DNA of 32,741 nucleotides, from assembly GCA_038150265.1 (NCBI GenBank), contig JAYOTF010000038.1, positions 1 through 32,741 on the forward strand, in the 5' to 3' direction. Shown piece after piece: positions 1 to 8,728 of the stretch. The translations under genes and the position numbers were made by a program. Position 1 is the first letter of the stretch; each line of letters opens with the position of its first letter. The notes beneath the pieces were generated by a model that did no database searches, was not told the origin of the DNA, and saw nothing but the letters and a program-made list of their open reading frames with translations. The stretch is from Deltaproteobacteria bacterium. GTDB lineage: Bacteria; SAR324; NAC60-12.

Positions 1-81
1 ACTATAGGTTGATCGATTTTGAGTTAAGTGTCGCCTTGGGCTCCGCTTGACCGGCTTCATAGCCGCCGCGCTATGCGCTCT

Positions 82-184
82 GGCTAGCAACTCGTTCGAG
101 CAGCCACCGCACCCGCTGCACTATATGATCACCTCCGGTGCTCAAGCTATGCTGCGGTTGCTGCTCAACTCTGCCCCGTTGGGA
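82..184 (+). mobile_element. attC: Integron attC-like recombination site
   Basis: Degenerate R'' GGCTAGC (82-88), 5-nt spacer AACTC, left arm GTTCGAGCAGCCACCGCA (94-111) pairing with right arm TGCGGTTGCTGCTCAAC (153-169) with one extra base (C97) and one mismatch, then spacer and R' GTTGGGA (178-184). Same layout as the aadA attC (CTAAC-AATTC-GTTCAAGC...GCTTAAC-TCAAGC-GTTAGAT). Confidence 0.7.
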
Positions 185-222
185 GGGATACTCATTTTTT
201 TAAAATAAAAAAGGAATGACGC

Positions 223-558
223 ATGTTTAGAGCCGTACACCGAAGTTTAATTTTCATCATATTGTTAGTTTTAGCCGCGCTCACTATCGGTTGCTCCGCC
301 ACATCACCTGTACCAGGAGCTTTGTATACAAATGTGGTTTCGCCATCTGGGGACAAGGTTGCCACAGATGCATCAAGCTCAGAAAAATTCGGTGAAGCTT
401 CATGCATGTCTGTTTTGGCGCTCGTAGCTTGGGGAGAGTGCAGCATCAACGCCGCAATGAAAAACGGTGGAATAAACAAAGTACATCATGTCGATCAAAG
501 GTCGTTCAACGTCTATTTTTTCTACAATCGCTATACGACGATGGTTTACGGTGAATAA
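223..558 (+). CDS. TRL-like family lipoprotein (probable integron gene cassette ORF)
   Basis: Signal peptide with lipobox-like LTIG-C; TRL-like motifs 'GEASCMSVLALVAWGECSINAAMKNGGINKVHHVD' and C-terminal 'TTMVYGE'; AAGGA upstream; AT-rich relative to the rest of the window. Confidence 0.85.
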   Translation: MFRAVHRSLIFIILLVLAALTIGCSATSPVPGALYTNVVSPSGDKVATDASSSEKFGEASCMSVLALVAWGECSINAAMKNGGINKVHHVDQRSFNVYFFYNRYTTMVYGE

Positions 559-579
559 AGGCTTACACCGAATATCAAA

Positions 580-645
580 TCCCAACAAACGACTGCGGTG
601 GTGGCCGGTGGCCCCCTTCTAGCCTAATGACTGAGCCAGCTAGCA
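580..645 (+). mobile_element. Degenerate or truncated attC-like site closing the TRL cassette
   Basis: TCCCAAC (580-586), 21 nt after the stop codon, is the exact complement of GTTGGGA (178-184). It is followed by an L''-like CTGCGGT and an L'-like ACTGAG (630-635), but no canonical GTT R'. Confidence 0.4.
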
Positions 646-721
646 AGAACCGATTGTCGATGAATTACCAAACGGCTCGAAAATGAACTCTTTCTTGACA
701 AAATCTCCTTCTGGAGAACCG

Positions 722-1261
722 ATGCCCGATCACAATGCCCTGCTGAAACGGTCAGTCCATTTGGTGAGGGAGTTCGGCACCGTGAACATGAACTCAATCC
801 ATGGTCCTTCCCACTGGAGGAATGTGGAGGCCACAGGGGTCTACCTTGCCAAACTGGAAGATCAAGATCCGCTCATCCCCAGGTTGTTCGCACTGTTCCA
901 TGACTTCCTGAGGGTCAATGATGGATTCGACCCGGAGCACGGCCCCCGTGCCGCTGAGTTCCTCCGATCCCATCAATCGAAATTTCCGGAACTGAGCAAT
1001 CAGGACCTGGAGGTGCTGGCCTATGCCTGTGAAGGGCACACGTGGGGGCAGCTGACCGATGACCCCCTGGTGGGGATTTGCTGGGATGCGGACAGGTTGG
1101 ATCTCGGCAGAGTGGGCATTGTCCCCGATCCACGGTTCTTCAGCACGTCATCCGGACACCGACTTGCCAGCAACATCTTTGAGTTCGGAGATTATGATGA
1201 GTTGGAGAAGGTGCAACGGGTTCATAAGGGGGTGGTTGATGAGCTCAGGCTGTCTTGGTGA
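722..1261 (+). CDS. HD-domain metal-dependent phosphohydrolase
   Basis: Motifs IHGPSHW, LFHD, EHGPRAA and CWDADRLDLGRVG; GGAG RBS upstream of ATG 722 (the ORF is open from 683). Confidence 0.8.
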   Translation: MPDHNALLKRSVHLVREFGTVNMNSIHGPSHWRNVEATGVYLAKLEDQDPLIPRLFALFHDFLRVNDGFDPEHGPRAAEFLRSHQSKFPELSNQDLEVLAYACEGHTWGQLTDDPLVGICWDADRLDLGRVGIVPDPRFFSTSSGHRLASNIFEFGDYDELEKVQRVHKGVVDELRLSW

Positions 1262-1402
1262 AGATGCCCCCCTTTCCTGCCAAAATCAGGAACTGAAAGC
1301 CCCCCTTCTTGACACCTCCGAAATTTGGCGCTTCTGGTTGGAGTCGATTGAGCCCCGGCAGGGGTTGCTCAAGGACGTGAAGGGGGAGCCGAGTTCCTCA
1401 CC

Positions 1403-2833
1403 CTAATCACTTCTCTGACCGGGTCCGAGGTACTTGCGCCAGGGAGGCGGAATCACGAGCGGGAGGGGGTAGTTCAGCCCCCGGGCGTGTCGCTGGGCCG
1501 AGGTCCAGCCGAGGCAGGTGTGGCATTCAGGACCCTCCAGCCCTGCCAACTCCGGAAGCCAGTGCTGGACGTATGCCCCTTGAGGATCGTAGCGCTGCGC
1601 CTGCAGCACCACGTTGAAGGTCCGGTTGTCTCGCGGATCGTTGCCCACGCCAGCGACATAGGCCCAATTGCCCCAGTTGCTGCACACGTCATAGTCGAGG
1701 AGCCACGACTCGAACCACGCCGCGCCCGCCCGCCAGTCCTGCTGGAGGTCCTTCACCAGGAAGCTGGCCACGTTCTGCCGGCCCCGGTTGGACATGAAAC
1801 CCGTCTGCTGCAACTCCCGGAGGTTCGCGTCCACAAACGGGACTCCCGTCTGGCCTGCCGCCCAGGCCGCAAAACGCCCATCAACCGTGTCAGGAGCCGG
1901 AAGGTCCCGCAAACCGGCGCGCCGGAATAACCGGACTCCGTAACGGCGTCCGATCCAGCGAAAGAATTCACGCCACAGCAGCTCAAACTTGAGCCAGTAG
2001 GTGGAGTCATTGGCCAGCACCTCGGCCTCGTAGCGCTCCACCTCGGCAAACACCCAGCGGGGGGAGAGGCACCCGAAGGCGAGCCACGGCGAGAGCTTGC
2101 TGGAGTAGTTGGCCCCCAGGAGTCCGTTTCGGGTCACCTTGTACTGCTGCAGGGCATGCGTCTCCCAAAAGTAGGCCTGCACCCGTTGGCGTCCGGCGGG
2201 CGCTCCTCCAGAGAAGGCCAAAACCGCTCGGGCATCAGGCTCTCTCTCTGCGTCCGGAAAGGAGCCTGAGGCGGGGAGCGGAAGGGCGTCCGGAAGAGGC
2301 GGCAGGTGGGCCGGCACCGGGAGGGGCTTGCGGATGCGTCCTGCGCGCTCCACCTGCTTCCGAAACTGAGAGAAGATGTCCGGAAGCGTCTCCAGGGTGA
2401 AGGGCAGGTCCTCTGCCTCAAACAGCTGGTTGCCTTCATGGAGGTGCAGGGTTCCCGGCGGAAGCTGCTCCCGCAGGCGGGCTTCCACGGCAGCCTCTTC
2501 CGGAGCAATTTCAGCATGGGCATGCACCGCGGAGGCCCCCAGCTCCCGGACCAGTCGGGGCAGCTCCTCTTCCGGGTGGCCCCACACAACCAACAGGTCC
2601 GATCCCTGGGCCTGCAGCTCCGTCCGGAGGGCGGTCAGGCTTTCTTCCCAAAACCGGATCCGTGGTCCCTGCGTTCGGGGGAAGCCCCAGCGGGTGGGGG
2701 CAAACGCCCGTGGGTCAACGCAGTACACAGGCAGAAGCGAAGTGGCTTGAGCGCAGGCGGCAGTCAGGGCCAGGTGGTCGTCCAGGCGCAGGTCCTGGCG
2801 AAACCAAACCAGCGTTGGAGCAGAAGTCGGCAT
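1403..2833 (-). CDS. DASH-family cryptochrome (Cry-DASH)
   Basis: VWFRQDLRLDD N-terminus, SSKLSPWLAFGCLSPR, STYWLKFELLWREFF, GFMSNRGRQNVASFL, DYDVCSNWGNWAYVAGVGNDPR. Alternative start at GTG 2869. Confidence 0.92.
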   Translation of the reverse strand: MPTSAPTLVWFRQDLRLDDHLALTAACAQATSLLPVYCVDPRAFAPTRWGFPRTQGPRIRFWEESLTALRTELQAQGSDLLVVWGHPEEELPRLVRELGASAVHAHAEIAPEEAAVEARLREQLPPGTLHLHEGNQLFEAEDLPFTLETLPDIFSQFRKQVERAGRIRKPLPVPAHLPPLPDALPLPASGSFPDAEREPDARAVLAFSGGAPAGRQRVQAYFWETHALQQYKVTRNGLLGANYSSKLSPWLAFGCLSPRWVFAEVERYEAEVLANDSTYWLKFELLWREFFRWIGRRYGVRLFRRAGLRDLPAPDTVDGRFAAWAAGQTGVPFVDANLRELQQTGFMSNRGRQNVASFLVKDLQQDWRAGAAWFESWLLDYDVCSNWGNWAYVAGVGNDPRDNRTFNVVLQAQRYDPQGAYVQHWLPELAGLEGPECHTCLGWTSAQRHARGLNYPLPLVIPPPWRKYLGPGQRSD

Positions 2834-2959
2834 GAGGAGGCTCGGAAAGGGGGAAACCGTTTGTTCCACCTTAACGGTTCAAGCAGCCTGATGCACGAAA
2901 TACTTGGGGAAGACGGGCACGAACGGAGGAGCAGAGCGGCCTGCTCTCCATCACGTCTA

Positions 2960-2988
2960 TTGACATCCAGGCGGTTTTCCGGCATTTT
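2960..2988 (+). promoter_or_regulatory. Putative sigma70 promoter
   Basis: TTGACA (2960-2965), 17-nt spacer, CATTTT (2983-2988), in the divergent intergenic region upstream of the GTPase gene. Confidence 0.4.
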
Positions 2989-3114
2989 TGCACCCTCATG
3001 TCCGAGTACTGAACAAGTTAGGAAACTGATGTCCCATCAGTTTTCTGAAAGAGCCTGAGCTTTTGCCCGTTGGGTCGACTTCCGGCGGAAGCTCACACCA
3101 TTGAATGAATTCCC

Positions 3115-4725
3115 ATGATGCCCTCCCCCCCGCGCTCGTTTTTGCCGAAAGGCGCCTGGTTGCCCTGGGTGGGCATCCTGCTGCTCGCCAGTACCCCACT
3201 GCTGGCGCTGGTCGGGTTTGGGGCCTGGTTCCTCTGGGAGCAGCAGTGGCACTGGTATGCCCTTTCGGCAGCGGTGGTCCCCGTGACCCTGGCATGGGGG
3301 GGCGCCGCGTGGCTCCGGAAGCGAACCCGCCTCCGAGCAGTGTCCGTCGAAGCCGACTCCAGCTGGTCCCTCAAGGGCAAGGAGGCCTGGCGGCAGGTGG
3401 AGCTGACCGCCCGAGCCGCCCGGAAGCATCCGGAGTGGCTGACGGATCCGGACGCCCTCCGCAAGGTGGCGTGGCGGGTGGTCCGGAAGGTCTCCCACGC
3501 GTTCCATGGCGCCTCGGAGCAGGCCATGCTCGAACTCTCGGCTCCCGAGTTGCTCCGGACCCTGGAGCTGGCGCTGGCGGAGCTGCGGCTGGACCTCTCC
3601 CGGCATGTGCCCGGAAGCCACCTCCTCACACTCGGTGACCTCATGCGGGCCCGAGAGTGGGCCACGGTGGGAGATCGACTCTACGACCTGTATCGCCTGC
3701 TTTCGCTGGGGCTGACGCCCCAGGCGGCGCTCCTGCGGGAGGTGCGGGACTACTTCACCCGCAAGGTGGGGCATGCGACCCGCGACGAGCTGCAGGGCTG
3801 GCTCCTGGAAACCCTCATCCGGCGCTTCGGCTTCCACGCCATTGAGCTTTACTCCGGACGCGTCGCTCTGGAGGCCGACGCCCTGGAGCAGCACGTCACG
3901 CTGCCGTCCAAAGCCCAGATGGAGCAGGCGCGGCAGCGTCAGGAACGGCTGGAAACCGAGCCTCTGCGGCTCCTCATCATTGGGCAGACGGGCTCAGGGA
4001 AGACCAGCCTCGTCAATGCCCTCTTTGGGGAACTGCGGGCGGTCGAAGGGTCGGGAAGCCTCCGCAAGTCCTCCCGCCTCACGCCCCACCTCTTTGAGCG
4101 CGAAGGTCAGGAGCGGGCGCTCCTGCTCGACTCTCAGGGGTACGGGCATCCGGAAACCCATGAAGCCGTGATGGAAGCGCTTGAGGAGGCCGTCGTGGAG
4201 TGTGACCTCCTGCTGATGACCTGTGCGGCTCACGAAGCGGGCCGAGCGCTTGATGCCCAGGCCCTGAAGCGCCTGCAGCAGCGCCTCCGGGAGCACGATC
4301 AGGACCTCCTTCCCGTTTTGGCGGTGGTGACGCACGTGGATCGCCTCCGCCCCTTGCGGGAATGGGATCCGCCTTATGACATTGCAGAGCCGGAGCGTCC
4401 CAAGGCCCAGAACATCCGGGCGGCATTGGACGCCGTTGCCGATGCCCTGACGCTGGACGTGTCCCAGACGGTTCCGGCTTGCCTGCGGACGGGACAGGTG
4501 TACAACGTCGAGGATGGGGTGCTTCCGGCGATCTGGGAGCAGCTGGATGATGCCCTGCGTCGCAAGTACGCCCGGTGCCTGGAAGACTACCGGGAGAAGC
4601 GAGACTGGAGCCTGGCCTGGGAGCAGGCGCTGGCAGCCGGACGCTTCCTCACCCGCCGGAGCCTGAAGTCACTGGGGCGGACGCTCAAGCGTGCCGAAGA
4701 GACCACGTCCAACTGGCTGCCCTGA
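3115..4725 (+). CDS. Membrane-anchored P-loop GTPase (YeeP/YfjP/HSR1-like)
   Basis: Two N-terminal hydrophobic helices, long helical region, G1 GQTGSGKTS, G3 LLDSQG, G4-like VVTHVD. Confidence 0.8.
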   Translation: MMPSPPRSFLPKGAWLPWVGILLLASTPLLALVGFGAWFLWEQQWHWYALSAAVVPVTLAWGGAAWLRKRTRLRAVSVEADSSWSLKGKEAWRQVELTARAARKHPEWLTDPDALRKVAWRVVRKVSHAFHGASEQAMLELSAPELLRTLELALAELRLDLSRHVPGSHLLTLGDLMRAREWATVGDRLYDLYRLLSLGLTPQAALLREVRDYFTRKVGHATRDELQGWLLETLIRRFGFHAIELYSGRVALEADALEQHVTLPSKAQMEQARQRQERLETEPLRLLIIGQTGSGKTSLVNALFGELRAVEGSGSLRKSSRLTPHLFEREGQERALLLDSQGYGHPETHEAVMEALEEAVVECDLLLMTCAAHEAGRALDAQALKRLQQRLREHDQDLLPVLAVVTHVDRLRPLREWDPPYDIAEPERPKAQNIRAALDAVADALTLDVSQTVPACLRTGQVYNVEDGVLPAIWEQLDDALRRKYARCLEDYREKRDWSLAWEQALAAGRFLTRRSLKSLGRTLKRAEETTSNWLP

Positions 4726-4786
4726 CCGTGTCCGGAGGCGCCGCCGGCCTCGCCCTTTCCTGAACCCTGACCTGACAAGGAACGCC

Positions 4787-5581
4787 ATGAAGCTGACCGT
4801 ACAAGACACTTCCATTTTTGCAACGACCGGCGGCCGGCCCTTTGATGCGTCTCTGCCGGTGCTGCTGTTTCTACACGGCGCTGGCATGGATCACACCGTC
4901 TGGGCGCTGCAAACCCGGTACTTTGCGCACCACGGCTGGTCCGTGCTGGCGCTTGATTTTCCGGGGCATGGGCATTCGGGCGGAGCCCCCCTTCCTTCGG
5001 TGGAGGCGATGGCGGAGTGGATTCCGGAAGTCCTGCAGGCCCTGGGGGTGGCGCAGGCGTCGTTGGTGGGGCACTCCATGGGGTCGCTGGTGGCGCTGGA
5101 AGCGGCGGCACGGTTTCCGGAACAGATCCGGCAGGTCGCGTTGCTGGGAACAGCGGCCCAGATGCCGGTGCATCCCGACCTGCTGGCGGCGGCGCAGGCC
5201 AATGAACCGGTCGCCTTTGAGCTGATCACCTCGTGGGCGCATGGCCCCTCCGGGCACCTGGGAGGCGTGGCAGTGCCGGGGCTGTCGTTGCTGGGAGGAG
5301 GAAAGGCGCTGCTCGGGCAGGCACCGGAAGGAGTCCTGGGGAAGGACCTCGCGGCGTGCAATGCCTATGCTTCCGGAATGGAACAGGCCGCGGCGGTGGC
5401 CTGCCCGGCACTGTGTCTGCTCGGGGCTGAAGACAAGATGACTCCCGCACGTGCCGGAAAGGCGCTGGGCGCCGCGCTGCCTCAGGGAACCGTCGAGGTG
5501 GTGAGCGGTTCTGGACACATGATGATGCTGGAGGCGCCCGATGCGACACTGGACGCCCTCAAGGCGTGGCTACGTCCGTAA
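4787..5581 (+). CDS. Alpha/beta fold hydrolase
   Basis: FLHGAG oxyanion motif, DFPGHG, nucleophile elbow GHSMG, catalytic Asp (EDKMT) and His (GHMMM); AAGGA RBS before ATG 4787. Confidence 0.9.
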   Translation: MKLTVQDTSIFATTGGRPFDASLPVLLFLHGAGMDHTVWALQTRYFAHHGWSVLALDFPGHGHSGGAPLPSVEAMAEWIPEVLQALGVAQASLVGHSMGSLVALEAAARFPEQIRQVALLGTAAQMPVHPDLLAAAQANEPVAFELITSWAHGPSGHLGGVAVPGLSLLGGGKALLGQAPEGVLGKDLAACNAYASGMEQAAAVACPALCLLGAEDKMTPARAGKALGAALPQGTVEVVSGSGHMMMLEAPDATLDALKAWLRP

Positions 5582-6748
5582 GGGCTTGGCAAAGACCCGG
5601 TCCAGCCGCCGCAGCGCTTCGGCCATGCGCTCCGGAGAGACGGCAAAGCATGCCCGCAAAAAGCCCGCTCCACCCGCCCCAAAGGCTTCCCCGGGTGCCA
5701 ACCCCACCTGAGCCTCATGCAGCAGGTCCTTGGCCAGCTGTACCCCGTCGGTGAGGCCTTCCACCTTGAGGAAGGCGTAAAACGCGGCTTCCGGAAGGTC
5801 CCACGACACCTGCGGCCACTGGTCGAGGTGAGCCATCAGCAGGTCCCGAGAGGCTTCATAACGCCCCACACTTTCTGCAATGAACTCCTCCCCCTGCTCC
5901 AGCGCCACCAACCCGGCCTGTTGCACAAACCCCGGAGGGCCGGCAATGTTGAACTCCATCAGCTTCTCCAGGGTTTCGGTGAGGCGCTCCGGACCGGTCA
6001 GCCAGCCGAGCCGCCAGCCGGTCATGGCCCAGGACTTGGAGAAGCTGTTGACGACGAGCAGCGAGTCTTCCGGGGTCGCCCAGTCGCAAAACGATGGGGC
6101 CGCCGGGGCGTCGTAGACAATCCGGGCATAGACTTCATCGGCGACAATCCAGATGCCACGTTCGCGGGCAAAGGCCAGAACGGCCTGCTGCTGCTCCGCC
6201 GGCATGGTCCAGCCGGTGGGGTTGTTGGGGGAGTTGAGCAGAATGACCCGAGCCGTGCGGCAGGCGTCGAGGAAGGCATCGAGGTCGAGGCGCCAGCGTC
6301 CGGATTGCCACTGGAGTGGCACCGACTGCACATCGGCGCTGAGGATCTCCTGGACGGCAGGCAGGTTTGGCCACGAAGGCGTGGTGGTGACCACCCGGTC
6401 CCCCGGAGACACCAGGGCCTGAGCGGCCACCATGAGGGCATTCATGCCGGAGCCGGTGACCACGATGTTGCGGGCGGTGTAGCGGCTGCCGTAGAGGCGG
6501 TTGAGGTAGGTGGCCAGCCCGTCTCGCAGCGTCGGAAGGCCGGCGTTGGGCTGGTAAAAGGTCTCACCCTGGTCGAGCGCCCGCTTGGCGGCTTCCCGGA
6601 TGAAGGACGGGGTGGGCACGTCTGGCTCGCCAAACCAGAGGGGCAGGACGTCGGGCATTTCCATGCCGAGCCGAGACACTTCCCGGATTTTGGAAAAGGG
6701 CAGGCGCAGGACCTGCTCCCGAATGGAGGCGTGGGTGAAGGTGGACAC
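5570..6748 (-). CDS. PLP-dependent aminotransferase class I/II (aspartate aminotransferase-like)
   Basis: GEPD, NSPNNPTG, ADEVY and SFSKSWAMTGWRLGW (PLP lysine). Confidence 0.92.
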   Translation of the reverse strand: MSTFTHASIREQVLRLPFSKIREVSRLGMEMPDVLPLWFGEPDVPTPSFIREAAKRALDQGETFYQPNAGLPTLRDGLATYLNRLYGSRYTARNIVVTGSGMNALMVAAQALVSPGDRVVTTTPSWPNLPAVQEILSADVQSVPLQWQSGRWRLDLDAFLDACRTARVILLNSPNNPTGWTMPAEQQQAVLAFARERGIWIVADEVYARIVYDAPAAPSFCDWATPEDSLLVVNSFSKSWAMTGWRLGWLTGPERLTETLEKLMEFNIAGPPGFVQQAGLVALEQGEEFIAESVGRYEASRDLLMAHLDQWPQVSWDLPEAAFYAFLKVEGLTDGVQLAKDLLHEAQVGLAPGEAFGAGGAGFLRACFAVSPERMAEALRRLDRVFAKPLRT

Positions 6749-6775
6749 GGAACAGGCTCTGGGAGGAGAAAGGGG

Positions 6776-8380
6776 TTACATGCGGAAGATGCCATACCGC
6801 GTTGGCGGCGTGGGGGCATTTTGGGTGGCCGCCAGGGCGAGGCCCAGCACCGTCCGGGTGTCAGCCGGGTCAATGACCCCATCATCCCACAACCGCGCGG
6901 TGGCATAGTAGGGGTGGCCCTGTGTTTCATACTGCTCCCGGATGGGCGCCTTGAAGGCTTCCTCGTCCTCGGCGCTCCAGTCGGTTCCGGAGGCTTCCAG
7001 GTTGTCGCGCTTCAGGGTCGCGAGGACGGAAGCGGCCTGCTCGCCACCCATCACGGAAATCCGGGCATTGGGCCACATCCAGAGGAAGCGGGGCTGGTAC
7101 GCCCGGCCGCACATGCCATAGTTCCCTGCCCCGTAGGAGCCCCCAATGACAACCGTCAGCTTGGGGACCTGGGCGCAGGAAACGGCGGTGACCAGCTTGG
7201 CGCCGTCTCGAGCAATGCCGCCGTGCTCGTACTGCTTGCCCACCATGAACCCCGTGATGTTCTGGAGGAAGACGAGGGGCAGGTTGCGCTGCACACAGAG
7301 TTCCACAAAGTGGGCGCCCTTCAGGGCCGACTCCGAGAAGAGGATTCCGTTGTTGGCAATGAGCCCCACCGGTCGGCCATGAATTTCCGCAAAGGCGGTG
7401 ACCAGCGTGGTGCCATAGAGGGCCTTGAACTCGTGGAAGTCGGAACGGTCCACGATCCGGGCGATGACCTCTCGGACGTCATAGGACTTGCGTGGGTCGC
7501 GGGGGAGGACGCCGTAGAGCTCTTCCGGAGCGTAACGGGGTTCGGTGCCGGAAGCGACCCGGGGCGCCTCTGCCGGTGGAGGAAAGCCCCGGAGGATCTC
7601 CCGGGCAATGGAGAGGGCATGCCGGTCGCTGTGAGCGAGGTGGTCGGCGACACCGGAGATGCGGGTGTGGACCTCGCCTCCGCCGAGCTCTTCCGGTGTG
7701 ACCACTTCGCCTGTGGCCGCCTTCACCAACGGAGGCCCCCCCAGGAAGATCGTCCCCTGATTCCGGACGATGACGGTTTCGTCGCACATGGCAGGGACGT
7801 AAGCCCCGCCGGCGGTGCAGGAGCCCAAAACGACGGCAAGCTGTGGAATCCCCTGAGCCGAAAGCTGGGCCTGGTTGTAGAAGATCCGACCAAAGTGGTC
7901 GCGGTCCGGAAACACTTCGTCCTGCATGGGCAGGAAGGCTCCTCCGGAGTCGACCAGGTAGAGGCAGGGCAGGTGGTTCTCCCGGGCAATTTCCTGAGCC
8001 CGGAGGTGCTTCTTGACGGTCATCGGGTAATACGTTCCTCCCTTCACCGTGGCGTCATTGGCCACCACCATCACCTCGCGTCCCTGAACCCGCCCAATGC
8101 CAGCGAGCAAACCGGCAGCTGGGACTTCGTTCCCATACAATCCCCACGCGGCCATGGGGGCGATCTCCAGAAAGGGACTTCCGGGATCCAGCAGGAGGTT
8201 GATGCGCTCACGAGGGAGGAGCTTGCCCCGTGCGGTGTGCTTGAGGCGAGCGCGTTCGGGGCCGCCCTGGGCCACCTGCTGCAGGGTGGCACGCAGCTCC
8301 TCGGCAAGGGTCCGGTGGTGGGCCTGGTTTTCCGCAAACGGAACCCCGAGGACGTCAAGCTTGCTTTCAAAAATGGGCAT
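6776..8380 (-). CDS. liuB: Methylcrotonyl-CoA carboxylase beta (carboxyltransferase) subunit
   Basis: [71 protein letters not shown] and C-terminal GIFRM. Confidence 0.92.
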   Translation of the reverse strand: MPIFESKLDVLGVPFAENQAHHRTLAEELRATLQQVAQGGPERARLKHTARGKLLPRERINLLLDPGSPFLEIAPMAAWGLYGNEVPAAGLLAGIGRVQGREVMVVANDATVKGGTYYPMTVKKHLRAQEIARENHLPCLYLVDSGGAFLPMQDEVFPDRDHFGRIFYNQAQLSAQGIPQLAVVLGSCTAGGAYVPAMCDETVIVRNQGTIFLGGPPLVKAATGEVVTPEELGGGEVHTRISGVADHLAHSDRHALSIAREILRGFPPPAEAPRVASGTEPRYAPEELYGVLPRDPRKSYDVREVIARIVDRSDFHEFKALYGTTLVTAFAEIHGRPVGLIANNGILFSESALKGAHFVELCVQRNLPLVFLQNITGFMVGKQYEHGGIARDGAKLVTAVSCAQVPKLTVVIGGSYGAGNYGMCGRAYQPRFLWMWPNARISVMGGEQAASVLATLKRDNLEASGTDWSAEDEEAFKAPIREQYETQGHPYYATARLWDDGVIDPADTRTVLGLALAATQNAPTPPTRYGIFRM

Positions 8381-8728
8381 GCCAACCGAATGTTTTTAAA
8401 ATCAAAGTTGCAATTTGCTCAAAAAATCCCCCAATTTTGTCTCCTACTTGCAGAAAATCTTGAATCTGCTAAGCGCCTTCGGCAATGATTGCGTTTTCTC
8501 TTTGAGCAAAGCGAGCTGCCAAAAGGAATGGTCTCGTCAAGAGGCACCATTCCGTGGCGCTTCTTTTGCTTGAGTGCCGACCAGGATTTCCCTCCTGATC
8601 AGGACGTTCCAGGGGATGGGGACGTCCCCAGCGCCCCCGGACCAACCGGTCTTCCGGAGCGATTAGGGAGCAACCAGGATGCGGATTATGTCCTAAACTG
8701 AAATACGGATCAAGCGGACGCAATTAAA

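Noticed and set aside
1..50. Possible 3' end of an upstream cassette ORF (frame 3, ...SVALGSA*)
   Set aside because: Only 15 codons are visible, too little to support a call.
1059..1406. 115-aa ORF overlapping the HD gene
   Set aside because: Out-of-frame overlap with a well-supported gene and no motifs.
3000..3060. Moco riboswitch or hammerhead resemblance (TCCGAG, GGAAAC, CTGATG, GAAA)
   Set aside because: Lacks the Moco 3' CCC...GGAAAGG element and the hammerhead CUGANGA core; the downstream gene is unrelated.
5717..8488. 923-aa ORF on the + strand
   Set aside because: Antisense shadow of the aminotransferase and liuB genes; no recognisable motifs. Long antisense ORFs are expected in GC-rich genes with biased codon usage.
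8601..8630. Canonical guanidine-II riboswitch call
   Set aside because: Loops are ACGT rather than ACGR, the first stem is weak and the element is far from the RBS; kept only as a speculative finding.
8489..8701. 70-aa ORF in the aguA leader
   Set aside because: Non-ATG start, no RBS and no protein-like pattern; better explained as structured non-coding sequence.
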